64,000 nucleotides of DNA from an uncultured delta proteobacterium (GTDB taxonomy: Bacteria; Desulfobacterota; Binatia; UBA9968): assembly GCA_963745035.1 (NCBI GenBank), contig CAVUVW010000014.1, positions 448,001-512,000 on the forward strand, in the 5' to 3' direction. Numbering within the stretch: the first letter of the stretch is position 1; each line of letters begins with the position of its first letter. The translations under genes were made by a program, and so were the position numbers. Below are positions 1 to 10,465 of this stretch, one piece after another. The notes under the pieces are model-generated. The model saw only the letters and a list, made by a program, of their open reading frames with translations, had not been told where the DNA came from and did no database searches.

Positions 1-1
1 C

Positions 2-463
2 AATCGCTTCAGCGTACTGCCATCGTTGTATGCGCTGCCGCCGCAGAGCACCGCGGTAAAGCTCAATCCTTTTTCTTGGCAATCGAACTTTGTGTTCGAT
101 CCAAAGTTGAGCTCGGAGCGTTGGTCGATCGTCAATGATCTACTCGGCGCTTTGGTGATCGACCAAAAGCATCTGCTGACCAGAGCGTGGAAAGAGGCCT
201 TGGCGGCCGGTTCGAGCGAACAGGAATTTCAGAGATTGGCGGCTATGCCGGTGTCGGCGGATGAGGCTCTGGCCCTGGCGAAAACGAAATGGAAAGATCC
301 CGCCTTTCGTAATCAAAAACTCAATGACTGGATTCATTTTGCCCGCAGTAAGTATCTGCTGGGGGTCAAGCCGCCGATCATACGCTATGAATGGTATAGC
401 TTGATCGCCTTTGCTTTTCTCTCACTCGGTTTAGTCGCGTACAGTTGGAAGAGAAAAGCTTGA
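2..463 (+). CDS. ABC transporter substrate-binding protein, C-terminal part (5' end outside the window)
   Basis: Frame open from the window edge; directly upstream of the ABC ATPase and permease; ends in a hydrophobic helix plus KRK. Confidence 0.6.
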   Translation, partial: NRFSVLPSLYALPPQSTAVKLNPFSWQSNFVFDPKLSSERWSIVNDLLGALVIDQKHLLTRAWKEALAAGSSEQEFQRLAAMPVSADEALALAKTKWKDPAFRNQKLNDWIHFARSKYLLGVKPPIIRYEWYSLIAFAFLSLGLVAYSWKRKA

Positions 464-479
464 ACACACGGCGGTAAGC

Positions 480-1583
480 ATGACGGTCAGCGTAAAATTC
501 GACTCCATCACAAAGATTCTCGGCCAGTCCCGGGCAGTCGACAACCTGACTTTGGAGATCGGCGCGGGGGAACTGTTTTTTCTTTTGGGGCCGTCCGGAT
601 GCGGCAAAACCACTGCGCTCCGTACCGTCGCCGGATTTTACACTCCCGACGAAGGCCGAATACTTTTTAATGGCCAAGACGAAAGCCGGGTACCGCCTCA
701 CAAGCGGAATACCGGCATGGTTTTTCAAAACTACGCGCTGTGGCCGCACATGGACGTGCAAACCAACGTCGCGTACGGCCTCAAAATGCGCCGTGTACCA
801 TCGGCCGACAAACAGAAGCGGGTCAGTCGCGCTCTGGAAATCGTCCACATGCAGGCCTATGCCGAGCGCATGCCGAATCAACTTTCAGGCGGACAGCAAC
901 AACGAATCGCTCTCGCCCGAGCGTTGGTCGTCGAGCCGGACGTCGTCTTACTGGACGAACCGTTGTCCAATCTCGACGCCAAACTGAGAATCGAAATGCG
1001 CGCGCAGATCAAAGACATCCACCTGAAGATCGGCCGCACGATGATCTATGTAACCCACGATCAGGCCGAAGCGTTATCGATGGCGGATCGCATTGCGGTG
1101 ATGCGCCGTGGTCGGCTCGTTCAGGTCGGCACTCCCCACGAGCTGTACACCCGGCCCGAGTCAGCATTCGTCGCCCAGTTCATCGGCGGGACCAATCTTA
1201 TCGACGGAACGTTGGAAGAGATCGGCGATTTGTTAACCGTCAAGACTCAGGCTGGCGTCGTGCACGCGAAAAACGGTGTCAAAGGCATAAAGCGAGGAGA
1301 CACGGTTTTTTGTTCGGTGCGGCCGGAATCCTTGGAAATCAGACCCGCGGCCGAGTCAAGCGATAATCGGTCTCGGACGACCAACCACCTGCTCGCCGAG
1401 GTAAAAACCATCATGTATCTCGGCGATAGTGAACAATACTCCTTGCGGCTCGCCGACAGCGTCACGATGCATGCCGTGGAGTACAATCCGACCGCGAGGA
1501 AAGCTCAAGTCGGCGAACGAGTCGCGCTGCAGTTTGATCCCCAAGCCGTGGTCGTGTTGCCCCAGGAGGAGCTGGATGAGTAG
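480..1583 (+). CDS. ABC transporter ATP-binding protein (FbpC/PotA-like)
   Basis: Walker A GPSGCGKT, LSGGQQQR signature, LLDEP Walker B, VTHDQ H-loop, C-terminal TOBE-like region. Confidence 0.95.
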   Translation: MTVSVKFDSITKILGQSRAVDNLTLEIGAGELFFLLGPSGCGKTTALRTVAGFYTPDEGRILFNGQDESRVPPHKRNTGMVFQNYALWPHMDVQTNVAYGLKMRRVPSADKQKRVSRALEIVHMQAYAERMPNQLSGGQQQRIALARALVVEPDVVLLDEPLSNLDAKLRIEMRAQIKDIHLKIGRTMIYVTHDQAEALSMADRIAVMRRGRLVQVGTPHELYTRPESAFVAQFIGGTNLIDGTLEEIGDLLTVKTQAGVVHAKNGVKGIKRGDTVFCSVRPESLEIRPAAESSDNRSRTTNHLLAEVKTIMYLGDSEQYSLRLADSVTMHAVEYNPTARKAQVGERVALQFDPQAVVVLPQEELDE

Positions 1584-3274
1584 CTGGCTACGTCGCTACG
1601 ACCTCAACACCGCCAATGCCGCGGTGCTCATCAGTCTTTGGGTTTTTTTCATTGTTTTCCTGCTGTATCCGCCTGGGCTACGTTTTCTCCAATGCTTTTT
1701 TCACGTCGGAAGGTTTTTCCCTGGTTTTCATGAAACTCCTGTTTTCCAGCCCCAATTATACGATCATCCTCGCCAACAGCGTCAATCTGGGATTGGCGGT
1801 TACATTATTCACTACTCTGCTCGCTCTTCCCTTGGCCCTATTGCTTGTACGTTACAATTTTCCGGGCAAAGGATTGTTGAACGGTCTGATATTGATTCCG
1901 ATGGTGCTCCCACCGTTCGTCGGAGCAATCGGCATGCGCCAACTGCTGGCGCGATTTGGATCGATCAATCTACTGCTGCTGGAGATGGGTGTTATCAGTC
2001 AGCCCATAGACTGGCTGGGTGGCGGGAGTTTTTGGGGCGTGGTGATCCTGGAGGCGCTGCATCTTTACCCGATCATGTATCTGAATTTGGCAGCAGCCCT
2101 AGCCAATGTCGATCCCAGCCTTGAAGAAGCGGCGAAAAACATGGGGGCGAACGGCTTCAAGCTTTTCAGTACGGTCACTTTTCCTTTGATGCTGCCCGGT
2201 TATTTCGCCGGGGCGATTATCGTCTTCATCTGGGCATTCACCGATCTCGGCACCCCACTGGTTTTTGAATATCGTGAAGTCGTCGCCGTGCAGATTTTCA
2301 ACATGGTGACCGATCTGCATCAAAATCCCATGGGTTACGCGTTCGTCGTAGCCGTGATTGCGCTCACCCTATTTTTCTTTTACCTGTCCAAACGCATCCT
2401 CGGCGGCGGAAGTTATGAGATGCTCGGCCGCGGCCATGTAGTTTCCGCCGCGCGTCCCGCCTCGCCATCCATGACCATCGTCGCCTATGCGGTGGTCCTG
2501 AGTATTTCAGCGCTGGCGCTTATTCCGCACCTGGGCGTGTTGCTCACATCGGTCACTAGCCGGTGGTTCTTGAGCGTGCTGCCGAGTGAATACACCGGAC
2601 AATTTTATGCCAGTATATTTAGTCATGACCTCGCGCTCCTCAGTATCAAAAACAGTCTACTGCTTAGCAGTCTAAGCACGGTCATCGACGTAGTCCTGGG
2701 GGTCACCATCGCTTACCTTCTGGCGCGCAAGCGAGTACCCGGTCGAGGTGTGCTGGACGCGCTCGCGATGCTCCCTTTGGCTCTTCCTGGTCTTGTCTTG
2801 GCGTTTGGCTACGTCGCAGCGTTCTCCGCAACACCGCTCGACGCCCGCACCAATCCGGTTCCACTGCTGGTGATCGCCTACGCCGTGCGCCGACTACCCT
2901 ATATGGTACGCGCGGCGTACGCCGGCTTCCAGCAAACCAGCGTCGTCCTCGAAGAAGCGGCCATAAACCTTGGCGCCAGCCCGATGAAAGCTCTCTATCA
3001 AATCACTATGCCGCTCATCTTCGCCAATCTCGTAGCCGGGGCAGTGTTGTCATTTTCATTCGCCATGCTGGAGGTAAGCGACAGTCTCATCCTCGCCTCG
3101 AAAGAACAGTATTATCCTATAACCAAGGCGATCTATGCGCTTCTCGGGCGAATTTCGGATGGTCCGTATATCGCGAGCGCGATGGGTATGCTCGGCCTGT
3201 TGCTGTTGGCTGCGAGCATCTTCATCGCCGGCCGTTTCTTTGGTCGGCGTATGGGCGAGCTTTTCCGTGCTTGA
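1576..3274 (+). CDS. ABC transporter permease with duplicated domain (FbpB-like); apparent 1-nt frameshift near 1670
   Basis: ATG 1576 gives MSSWLRRYD...FLLYP, continuing in ORF 1616..3274 (LGYVFSNAF); two EAA loops (LEEAAKNMGA, LEEAAINLGA). Confidence 0.9.
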
Positions 3275-3380
3275 CTTGAGGGCACAAGGCAAAGGTGCGT
3301 GGCCGAATCGCAAGTGGCCATGATTTTCCGAGCCGTCGCTATCGTCAGATTGCACGCCGGCTCCGCCGGGGTTTATCTTC

Positions 3381-4728
<1,348 letters not shown>

Positions 4729-4938
4729 CGCGAAATCGGCTCTGGCGAAACAAGAATCAAGGTTGTTCTGCTCCTGAGAGCGGCCGGCGCGGGCGCGGGA
4801 TGAGCTTGCAGTGAATAAAACACGCTGTCGTTGTAAGCACGCTTCAGTTCACCGTCATTGCTTCTATTATGCCGGCAGGCGTGTTCAACAAAATTCGACC
4901 ATGCGAGTCGAAATATTTTCTAAAATGATATTTTTTTC

Positions 4939-4968
4939 TTGACATACAAGTTGTTGTGCCTTAATAAT
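4939..4968 (+). promoter_or_regulatory. Sigma70-type promoter for the Lys-rich micropeptide
   Basis: TTGACA at 4939-4944, TAATAAT 17 nt downstream, AT-rich UP-like tract upstream. Confidence 0.65.
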
Positions 4969-5085
4969 CGAAGCACCTACAAAATATGGGAGGGTTTTTG
5001 GTACGAGATTTGTCTTCGCCTGAGTTACGCTTTAACGCCTGTCAACTGAAAAGCCCACCCGCGGAATCCTAATAAGGAGGTGCTT

Positions 5086-5136
5086 ATGGCTGCTAAGAAG
5101 AAAGCCAAAAAGAAAGCCAAAAAGAAAAAGAAGTAA
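5086..5136 (+). CDS. 16-aa Lys/Ala-rich basic micropeptide MAAKKKAKKKAKKKKK
   Basis: TAAGGAGG SD (5073-5080) 5 nt before ATG; TAA stop; flanked by promoter and terminator; too short for the ORF track. Confidence 0.7.
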   Translation: MAAKKKAKKKAKKKKK

Positions 5137-5219
5137 GCACGAATTTGTGAGGTGGTTGTGGTTGTGGTTTAAACCCTCCTTACTCTCAGGCGACAAGGTA
5201 ACCGTTCTGGTTGCCTAAT

Positions 5220-5261
5220 ACACAGCGCCCTCCGACACCCAATCGGAGGGCCTTGTGTTTT
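5220..5261 (+). terminator. Intrinsic terminator
   Basis: GCCCTCCGA (5227-5235) / TCGGAGGGC (5243-5251) stem followed by CTTGTGTTTT. Confidence 0.75.
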
Positions 5262-5423
5262 CAGTGGTCCGCGCGCGTTTCCATTCTCCAAAATTAATCT
5301 TGCCGCTGTGCGGCTTTGACAAGCCGCCGAGATGTAACTCGCCCAAAACTTCACGCGGCGGCTAGACATCCGCTGAGTCCGTCGGTATTGCGCCGCTCGG
5401 AGCAGTTGGTTAGAGTGCTCTCC

Positions 5424-5990
5424 ATGAAACTCGTGGCTTTTGATTGCAGCCTCAGGATCGCGCTTGCTCTCGCGGCGAGCCTGATCGCGCTGAGCCGCGC
5501 GCCGGCGTGGAGTCAAGCGAAAGTCGACTATAAAGTCGTGCCGATTCTGCAACCGATGAAGGACAACGCGCCGACGCCGGATTTTAATTTGGCCACTCCG
5601 GACGGAAAGAAGCTCTCGCTCAAGGATTTTCGCGGCAAAGTCGTGTTGCTGAATTTCTGGGCGAGCTGGTGCGTGCCCTGCCGCGAAGAGATGCCGGCGA
5701 TGGAGAAGCTCTACCAGGAATACAAGCAGAAGAATTTCGTCGTGCTCGCGGTCGCCGTCAAAGACCGCAAGCAAGACGCCATCGATTTCGTCAAGGAGCT
5801 GAAACTGACCTATCCGATTGCGCTCGATCCCGAAGCGCAAGTCGGCACGCTCTACGGCGCCTGGGGATTGCCGGCGACGTATCTGATCGGCCCGAAGGGT
5901 GAAGGCTTGGCGCGCGGTTGGGGTCCGGCGGATTGGTACAATCAAGCCACGCGCAAGCTGATCCAAGATCTCGTCGACGGCAAGAGATGA
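5424..5990 (+). CDS. TlpA/ResA-family thiol-disulfide oxidoreductase
   Basis: Signal-like N-terminus, [12 protein letters not shown] CxxC motif, GLPATYLI cis-Pro loop; upstream of ccdA. Confidence 0.9.
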   Translation: MKLVAFDCSLRIALALAASLIALSRAPAWSQAKVDYKVVPILQPMKDNAPTPDFNLATPDGKKLSLKDFRGKVVLLNFWASWCVPCREEMPAMEKLYQEYKQKNFVVLAVAVKDRKQDAIDFVKELKLTYPIALDPEAQVGTLYGAWGLPATYLIGPKGEGLARGWGPADWYNQATRKLIQDLVDGKR

Positions 5991-6724
5991 CCGAAGTCAA
6001 CGTCTTCGTGGCCTTCGCCGCGGGTGTCTTCTCCTTTCTCTCTCCCTGTGTTCTGCCGCTGATCCCATCCTATCTCTCGTTCGTTTCCGGCGTCTCCCTC
6101 GATGAGATGCGCGGCGAGCAGGGGCGCCTGCGGGTGCGCTCGCGGGTGGTGCTCAACTCGCTGGCGTTTATCGTCGGTTTTTCCTTGGTGTTCGTCTCCC
6201 TCGGCGCATCGGCAAGTTTTCTCGGTGGCCTTTTTTTAAATTATCGAAATGCCATCCGCATTCTCGGCGGCGTATTCGTGCTGCTGGTAGGACTTTATCT
6301 TGTCGGTGTTTTCAAAATCGCCGCCCTCGAGCGCTACCTGCAGTTCGATTTGAAAGACAAGCCGGCCGGCTATCTCGGCTCGGTGCTGGTCGGCATCACC
6401 TTCGCCGTGGCCTGGACGCCCTGCGTCGGACCGATCCTCGGCGCGACCCTGGCGCTTGCCAGCACCGCCGGCGAAGTGAGCCGAGGCACGGTGCTGCTGA
6501 GCAGCTACGCCGCAGGCTTGGCGCTGCCGTTTTTTCTGAGCGCCTTGGCCATCAACTCGTTTTTACGATTCTCGCAGCAGCTTCGGCCGTACATCCAAGC
6601 CATCCATATCGGCGGCGGGCTGCTCTTGATTATCGTCGGCATTCTGCTGATCACGGACTATATGACCTTGCTCAACGCCTACGCGCTGCGTTTTACTCCG
6701 CAATGGCTGCTCCAGCGCCTTTAA
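5987..6724 (+). CDS. ccdA: Cytochrome c biogenesis protein CcdA
   Basis: SFLSPCVLPLIP and WTPCVGP motifs; about 6 TM; ATGA overlap with the redoxin gene. Confidence 0.93.
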   Translation: MTEVNVFVAFAAGVFSFLSPCVLPLIPSYLSFVSGVSLDEMRGEQGRLRVRSRVVLNSLAFIVGFSLVFVSLGASASFLGGLFLNYRNAIRILGGVFVLLVGLYLVGVFKIAALERYLQFDLKDKPAGYLGSVLVGITFAVAWTPCVGPILGATLALASTAGEVSRGTVLLSSYAAGLALPFFLSALAINSFLRFSQQLRPYIQAIHIGGGLLLIIVGILLITDYMTLLNAYALRFTPQWLLQRL

Positions 6725-6849
6725 GCGCCGCTTCATCGCGACGCTGGTTTGACCCGCTTTCGGCCAAATGATACTTTTTTTAGACTTTTCTGTGACGCGG
6801 GCGATCTTTACACTGGTCAAGGCGTCGACATCTCGCCGGAGCAACCACG

Positions 6850-7398
6850 ATGGAAGAACACATTCGCGAGATTCTTAAGGCGATGGGCGAAGATCCCGAC
6901 CGCGAGGGGCTTTTGAAAACCCCGCAGCGGGTCGCCGAGGCTTTTACTTTTTTGACCCGCGGCTACGAGATGGATCCTGCCAAGGTCATCAACGACGCGC
7001 TGTTTACCGAAGATTACGAAGAAATGATCGTGCAGAAAGACATCGACTTCTACTCGCTCTGCGAGCACCACCTGTTGCCTTTTTTCGGCAAGGCCCACGT
7101 CGCCTACATCCCGCACCATAAGATCGTCGGCATCTCCAAGCTCGCGCGCCTAGTCGATGTCTATGCGCGCCGCCTGCAGGTGCAGGAACGCATGACTAAT
7201 CAGATCGCCACCATCATCATGGAAAAGCTCGACGCGCTCGGGGTGGCCGTGGTGATTGAAGCGGAGCATCTGTGCATGCGCATGCGCGGCGTCGAGAAAC
7301 AAAACTCCTACGTGATCACCAGCAGCCTGTTGGGCGCCTTTCGCACCCGCCAGGATACCCGCAGTGAATTCATGAACTTGATCCGCCACAAGCTTTAA
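6850..7398 (+). CDS. folE: GTP cyclohydrolase I
   Basis: [42 protein letters not shown]. Confidence 0.97.
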   Translation: MEEHIREILKAMGEDPDREGLLKTPQRVAEAFTFLTRGYEMDPAKVINDALFTEDYEEMIVQKDIDFYSLCEHHLLPFFGKAHVAYIPHHKIVGISKLARLVDVYARRLQVQERMTNQIATIIMEKLDALGVAVVIEAEHLCMRMRGVEKQNSYVITSSLLGAFRTRQDTRSEFMNLIRHKL

Positions 7399-7408
7399 CG
7401 AGGACTGG

Positions 7409-8884
7409 ATGGAAATACGATTTCGCGACGCCAGCGCCGAGCGCATCAAGACCGGACTGCTCGTCATCCCGGTGCGCGAGAAAAAGCTCGATGCGCCGGA
7501 AATCCGCGCGCTGGACCGCGCTCTCGGCGGCAACCTGCGCGGGCGCATTCAGAAGAGCGGGTTTACCGGCGCCGAAAACAGCACTCTGCTTTACCCCACG
7601 GCCGGCTCTCTGCCCGCGGCGCAACTCTTGTTGGTCGGCATGGGCGGCGGAGCAGAGAGCGCTGAAACGTGGAGAAAGGCCGGCGCGCGCGCGCGCCGAG
7701 AAGCGGCGGCCGTCGGCGCCGATGACCCGGCGCTTTTTTTTGCGCCGGAGAAAAGTTCCGAGAGCGCCGCCGCGGCGGCGGCCGAAGGCGCGCTACTCGC
7801 GGCTTACCAATTCAATAAATATCGCTCCAACGCCAAGCCGGCAGTGGAGATCAAGTCTTTCACACTCTTCAAGCCGGGACTGAAATCCACCGCGGGTTTG
7901 CAAAAAGCGGTAGACACGGCGCAGGCGGTGATCCCCGCCGTGTTCCTGGCGCGCGATCTGGTCAACGAACCGCCGTCGGTGGCGACCGCGCGTTTTTTGG
8001 GCGACGAGGCTGCGCGCCTGTGCCGCGGCCGGGGTTTAAACGTCGAGGTCTGGGGCAAAAACAAGATCACTTCGATGAAGCTTGCCGGGCTCTTGGCGGT
8101 CAACCGCGGCAGCCAGGAAGAACCGCGGTTTATTAAAATTCATTACCGACCAGGCGGCAAAGCCAAAAAGAAAGTCGCGCTCATCGGCAAAGGCATCACC
8201 TTCGATTCCGGCGGCTTGTCGCTCAAGCCGTCCAAGTCGATGGAAACCATGAAGCTCGACATGGCGGGCGGCGCGGCGGTGATCGCCGCGATGAGCTGCC
8301 TGCCGAAGCTCGGGCTCGACGTGGAGGTGACGGGCTACGTTCCGACGACCGACAATCTGCCCGGCCACAACGCGCAAAAGCCGGGTGACGTGATCCGCTA
8401 TTTAAACGGCAAGACCATCGAGGTGTTGAATACCGACGCCGAGGGACGATTGATTTTGGCCGACGCCCTCGCGCTCGCCGCGCAGCAAAAGCCCGACTAC
8501 ATGATCAATCTCGCGACCCTGACCGGCGCCTGCGTGGTGGCTTTGGGCACGCAAGTCGCCGGACTGTTCAGCAATCATCAACCGCTAACGGATGCGCTTT
8601 TGCGCGGCGCAGCCGAAACCGGCGAAAAACTCTGGCCGTTGCCGCTGGTCAAGGAATATAAGGATGCGATCAAGAGCGGCGTGGCCGACATGAAGAACAT
8701 CGGTGGCGCGCACGGCGGCGCCATCATCGCCGCGTTGATCCTGCAAGAATTCGTCGCCGACGTACCCTGGGCGCATCTCGATATCGCCGGGCCGGCGTTC
8801 GCTGAAAGCGATCACTTAACCTGCCCCAAGGGCGGGACCGGCTTCGGCGTGCGCACGTTGATCCATTTTCTTTCGAACTTGTAA
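7409..8884 (+). CDS. pepA: Leucyl aminopeptidase (M17)
   Basis: GKGITFDSGG, MKLDMAG, NTDAEGRL, HLDIAG. Confidence 0.96.
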   Translation: MEIRFRDASAERIKTGLLVIPVREKKLDAPEIRALDRALGGNLRGRIQKSGFTGAENSTLLYPTAGSLPAAQLLLVGMGGGAESAETWRKAGARARREAAAVGADDPALFFAPEKSSESAAAAAAEGALLAAYQFNKYRSNAKPAVEIKSFTLFKPGLKSTAGLQKAVDTAQAVIPAVFLARDLVNEPPSVATARFLGDEAARLCRGRGLNVEVWGKNKITSMKLAGLLAVNRGSQEEPRFIKIHYRPGGKAKKKVALIGKGITFDSGGLSLKPSKSMETMKLDMAGGAAVIAAMSCLPKLGLDVEVTGYVPTTDNLPGHNAQKPGDVIRYLNGKTIEVLNTDAEGRLILADALALAAQQKPDYMINLATLTGACVVALGTQVAGLFSNHQPLTDALLRGAAETGEKLWPLPLVKEYKDAIKSGVADMKNIGGAHGGAIIAALILQEFVADVPWAHLDIAGPAFAESDHLTCPKGGTGFGVRTLIHFLSNL

Positions 8885-8894
8885 GGAGGAATCT

Positions 8895-9221
8895 ATGGGA
8901 AAGATCACCGAGGTAGGAGACAGTAACTTCGAGGCCGAGGTCTTGAACTCGGCAGTGCCGGTCTTGGTCGATTTCTGGGCGCCCTGGTGCGGCCCGTGCA
9001 AGTCGATCGCGCCGATCGTCGAAGAGATCGCCGGCGAGTACGAAGGCAAGCTCAAAGTGGCCAAGCTGAACGTCGACGACCACCCCGGCACCGCGTCGCG
9101 CTACAACATCCGCGGCATTCCGAACCTGATTATTCTGAAGGGCGGCGCCGTCAAGGAGCAGATCATCGGCGCCGTGCCGAAAGCAAAGCTGGTGAGCGCC
9201 ATCGAAAAAGCGCTTCAGTAG
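8895..9221 (+). CDS. trxA: Thioredoxin
   Basis: WCGPC motif, 108 aa, AGGAGG SD. Confidence 0.97.
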   Translation: MGKITEVGDSNFEAEVLNSAVPVLVDFWAPWCGPCKSIAPIVEEIAGEYEGKLKVAKLNVDDHPGTASRYNIRGIPNLIILKGGAVKEQIIGAVPKAKLVSAIEKALQ

Positions 9222-9246
9222 ATTCCAAGGCGATCAGACAAAAGGC

Positions 9247-9305
9247 AACGGCCGCCTGCAGCGATCACCGGGAGAACTCGGGCTCGTGGCAGGCGGCCGT
9301 TTTTT
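9247..9305. terminator. Terminator hairpin between convergent trxA and rodA
   Basis: 13-bp inverted repeat AACGGCCGCCTGC/GCAGGCGGCCGTT followed by a T run. Confidence 0.65.
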
Positions 9306-9361
9306 CGAAGCGGCTGCAAACGAGAATTCGCACATGAGAACGTGGCGCTGCTAACCACGAG

Positions 9362-10465
9362 TCAAAAAACATAGCGCCGCATGCTGACGTTCATGATCAC
9401 GCCCATGGCGAACATCATCGAAGCGAGCGCCGAGCCGCCGTAGCTCACCAGCGGCAAAGGCACCCCGACCACGGGCATGACGCCCGCGACCATCGCGACG
9501 TTGATCGCAACGTGCCAGAAAACGATCGTGATCATGCCGAAGACCAACAGCGCGCCGAAGCGGTCCTTGGCGCGCTGCACCAGGCCGATGCAATACGCGA
9601 TCATGATGAAGTAGAGCAGCAGCAGAATGGCGCATCCCAAAAAGCCCCATTCCTCCGAGAATACGGCGAAGATGAAGTCGGTGTGCTGGGCGGGCAGAAA
9701 ATCGAGCCGGTTCTGCGTGCCGTGCAAAAAACCTTTGCCGAACAGCCGTCCCGAGCCGATGGCGATCTGCGACTGGATGACATGATAGCCGGCGCCGAGC
9801 GGATCGCGGTTGGGGTCGAGAAAGGTCAGGATGCGACCTTGCTGATAGGGCCGGAGAAAATTCCAGAATATCGGCAAGAAAGCCAAGCCGGCGCCGACCA
9901 ACCAAGCAAAGGAGCGGATTCTTAGACCGCCCATCAAGACCATGCTGATAAAAACGATGCCGAGAATGATCGCCGTTCCCAAGTCGGGTTGGATCAGAGT
10001 CAAAAAAATCAGCGGCGCCACCGTGAGAGCGGGTATCCACAGGTCGCGCAGATAATAACCGCGTCCCGGCTCGTCGGCTTGAAAGTATTTGGCCATCATC
10101 AGCACGATAGCGAGCTTGGCGGGCTCTGAGGGCTGCAGGCGGAAAAATCCTAAATTGATCCAGCGCTGCGAGCCGCCGCTCGAATGGCCGACGATCATCA
10201 CCAGGACGAGAAGCACGAGCATGATGCCGAAGAACGGGTACGCCAGCCGATCAATATAATGATAGTCGAAGCTGATCGCCACCAGCATCGCGACCAGGCC
10301 CAGCCCGAACCAGGTCAGTTGCCGCGCCGGCAGGCCGCCGGCATGGCCCTTGTCGAGGTCGAAGTTGGCGCTGTAAATCGTCATGACGCCGACGGCGACA
10401 AACACCAGGCAGAGCAGAAATAACGGCCAATCGAAGTGCGAAATCAAGCGCCTGTCAATTTGCAC
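9362..10465 (-). CDS. rodA: Rod shape-determining protein RodA
   Basis: QPSEPAK, QPDLGT, GYHVIQSQIAIGSG, HTDFIF, LPLVSYGGS; GTG start overlapping the mrdA stop. Confidence 0.95.
   Translation of the reverse strand: MQIDRRLISHFDWPLFLLCLVFVAVGVMTIYSANFDLDKGHAGGLPARQLTWFGLGLVAMLVAISFDYHYIDRLAYPFFGIMLVLLVLVMIVGHSSGGSQRWINLGFFRLQPSEPAKLAIVLMMAKYFQADEPGRGYYLRDLWIPALTVAPLIFLTLIQPDLGTAIILGIVFISMVLMGGLRIRSFAWLVGAGLAFLPIFWNFLRPYQQGRILTFLDPNRDPLGAGYHVIQSQIAIGSGRLFGKGFLHGTQNRLDFLPAQHTDFIFAVFSEEWGFLGCAILLLLYFIMIAYCIGLVQRAKDRFGALLVFGMITIVFWHVAINVAMVAGVMPVVGVPLPLVSYGGSALASMMFAMGVIMNVSMRRYVF

Noticed and set aside
5086-5136. Lysine attenuator leader peptide
   Set aside because: Downstream genes (tlpA, ccdA) are unrelated to lysine metabolism and the terminator is about 90 nt away; not fully excluded
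4970-5260. tmRNA, 6S RNA or tRNA in the intergenic gap
   Set aside because: No tRNA-like ends, tag peptide or continuous 6S-like rod recognised; the ORF has its own SD and ATG
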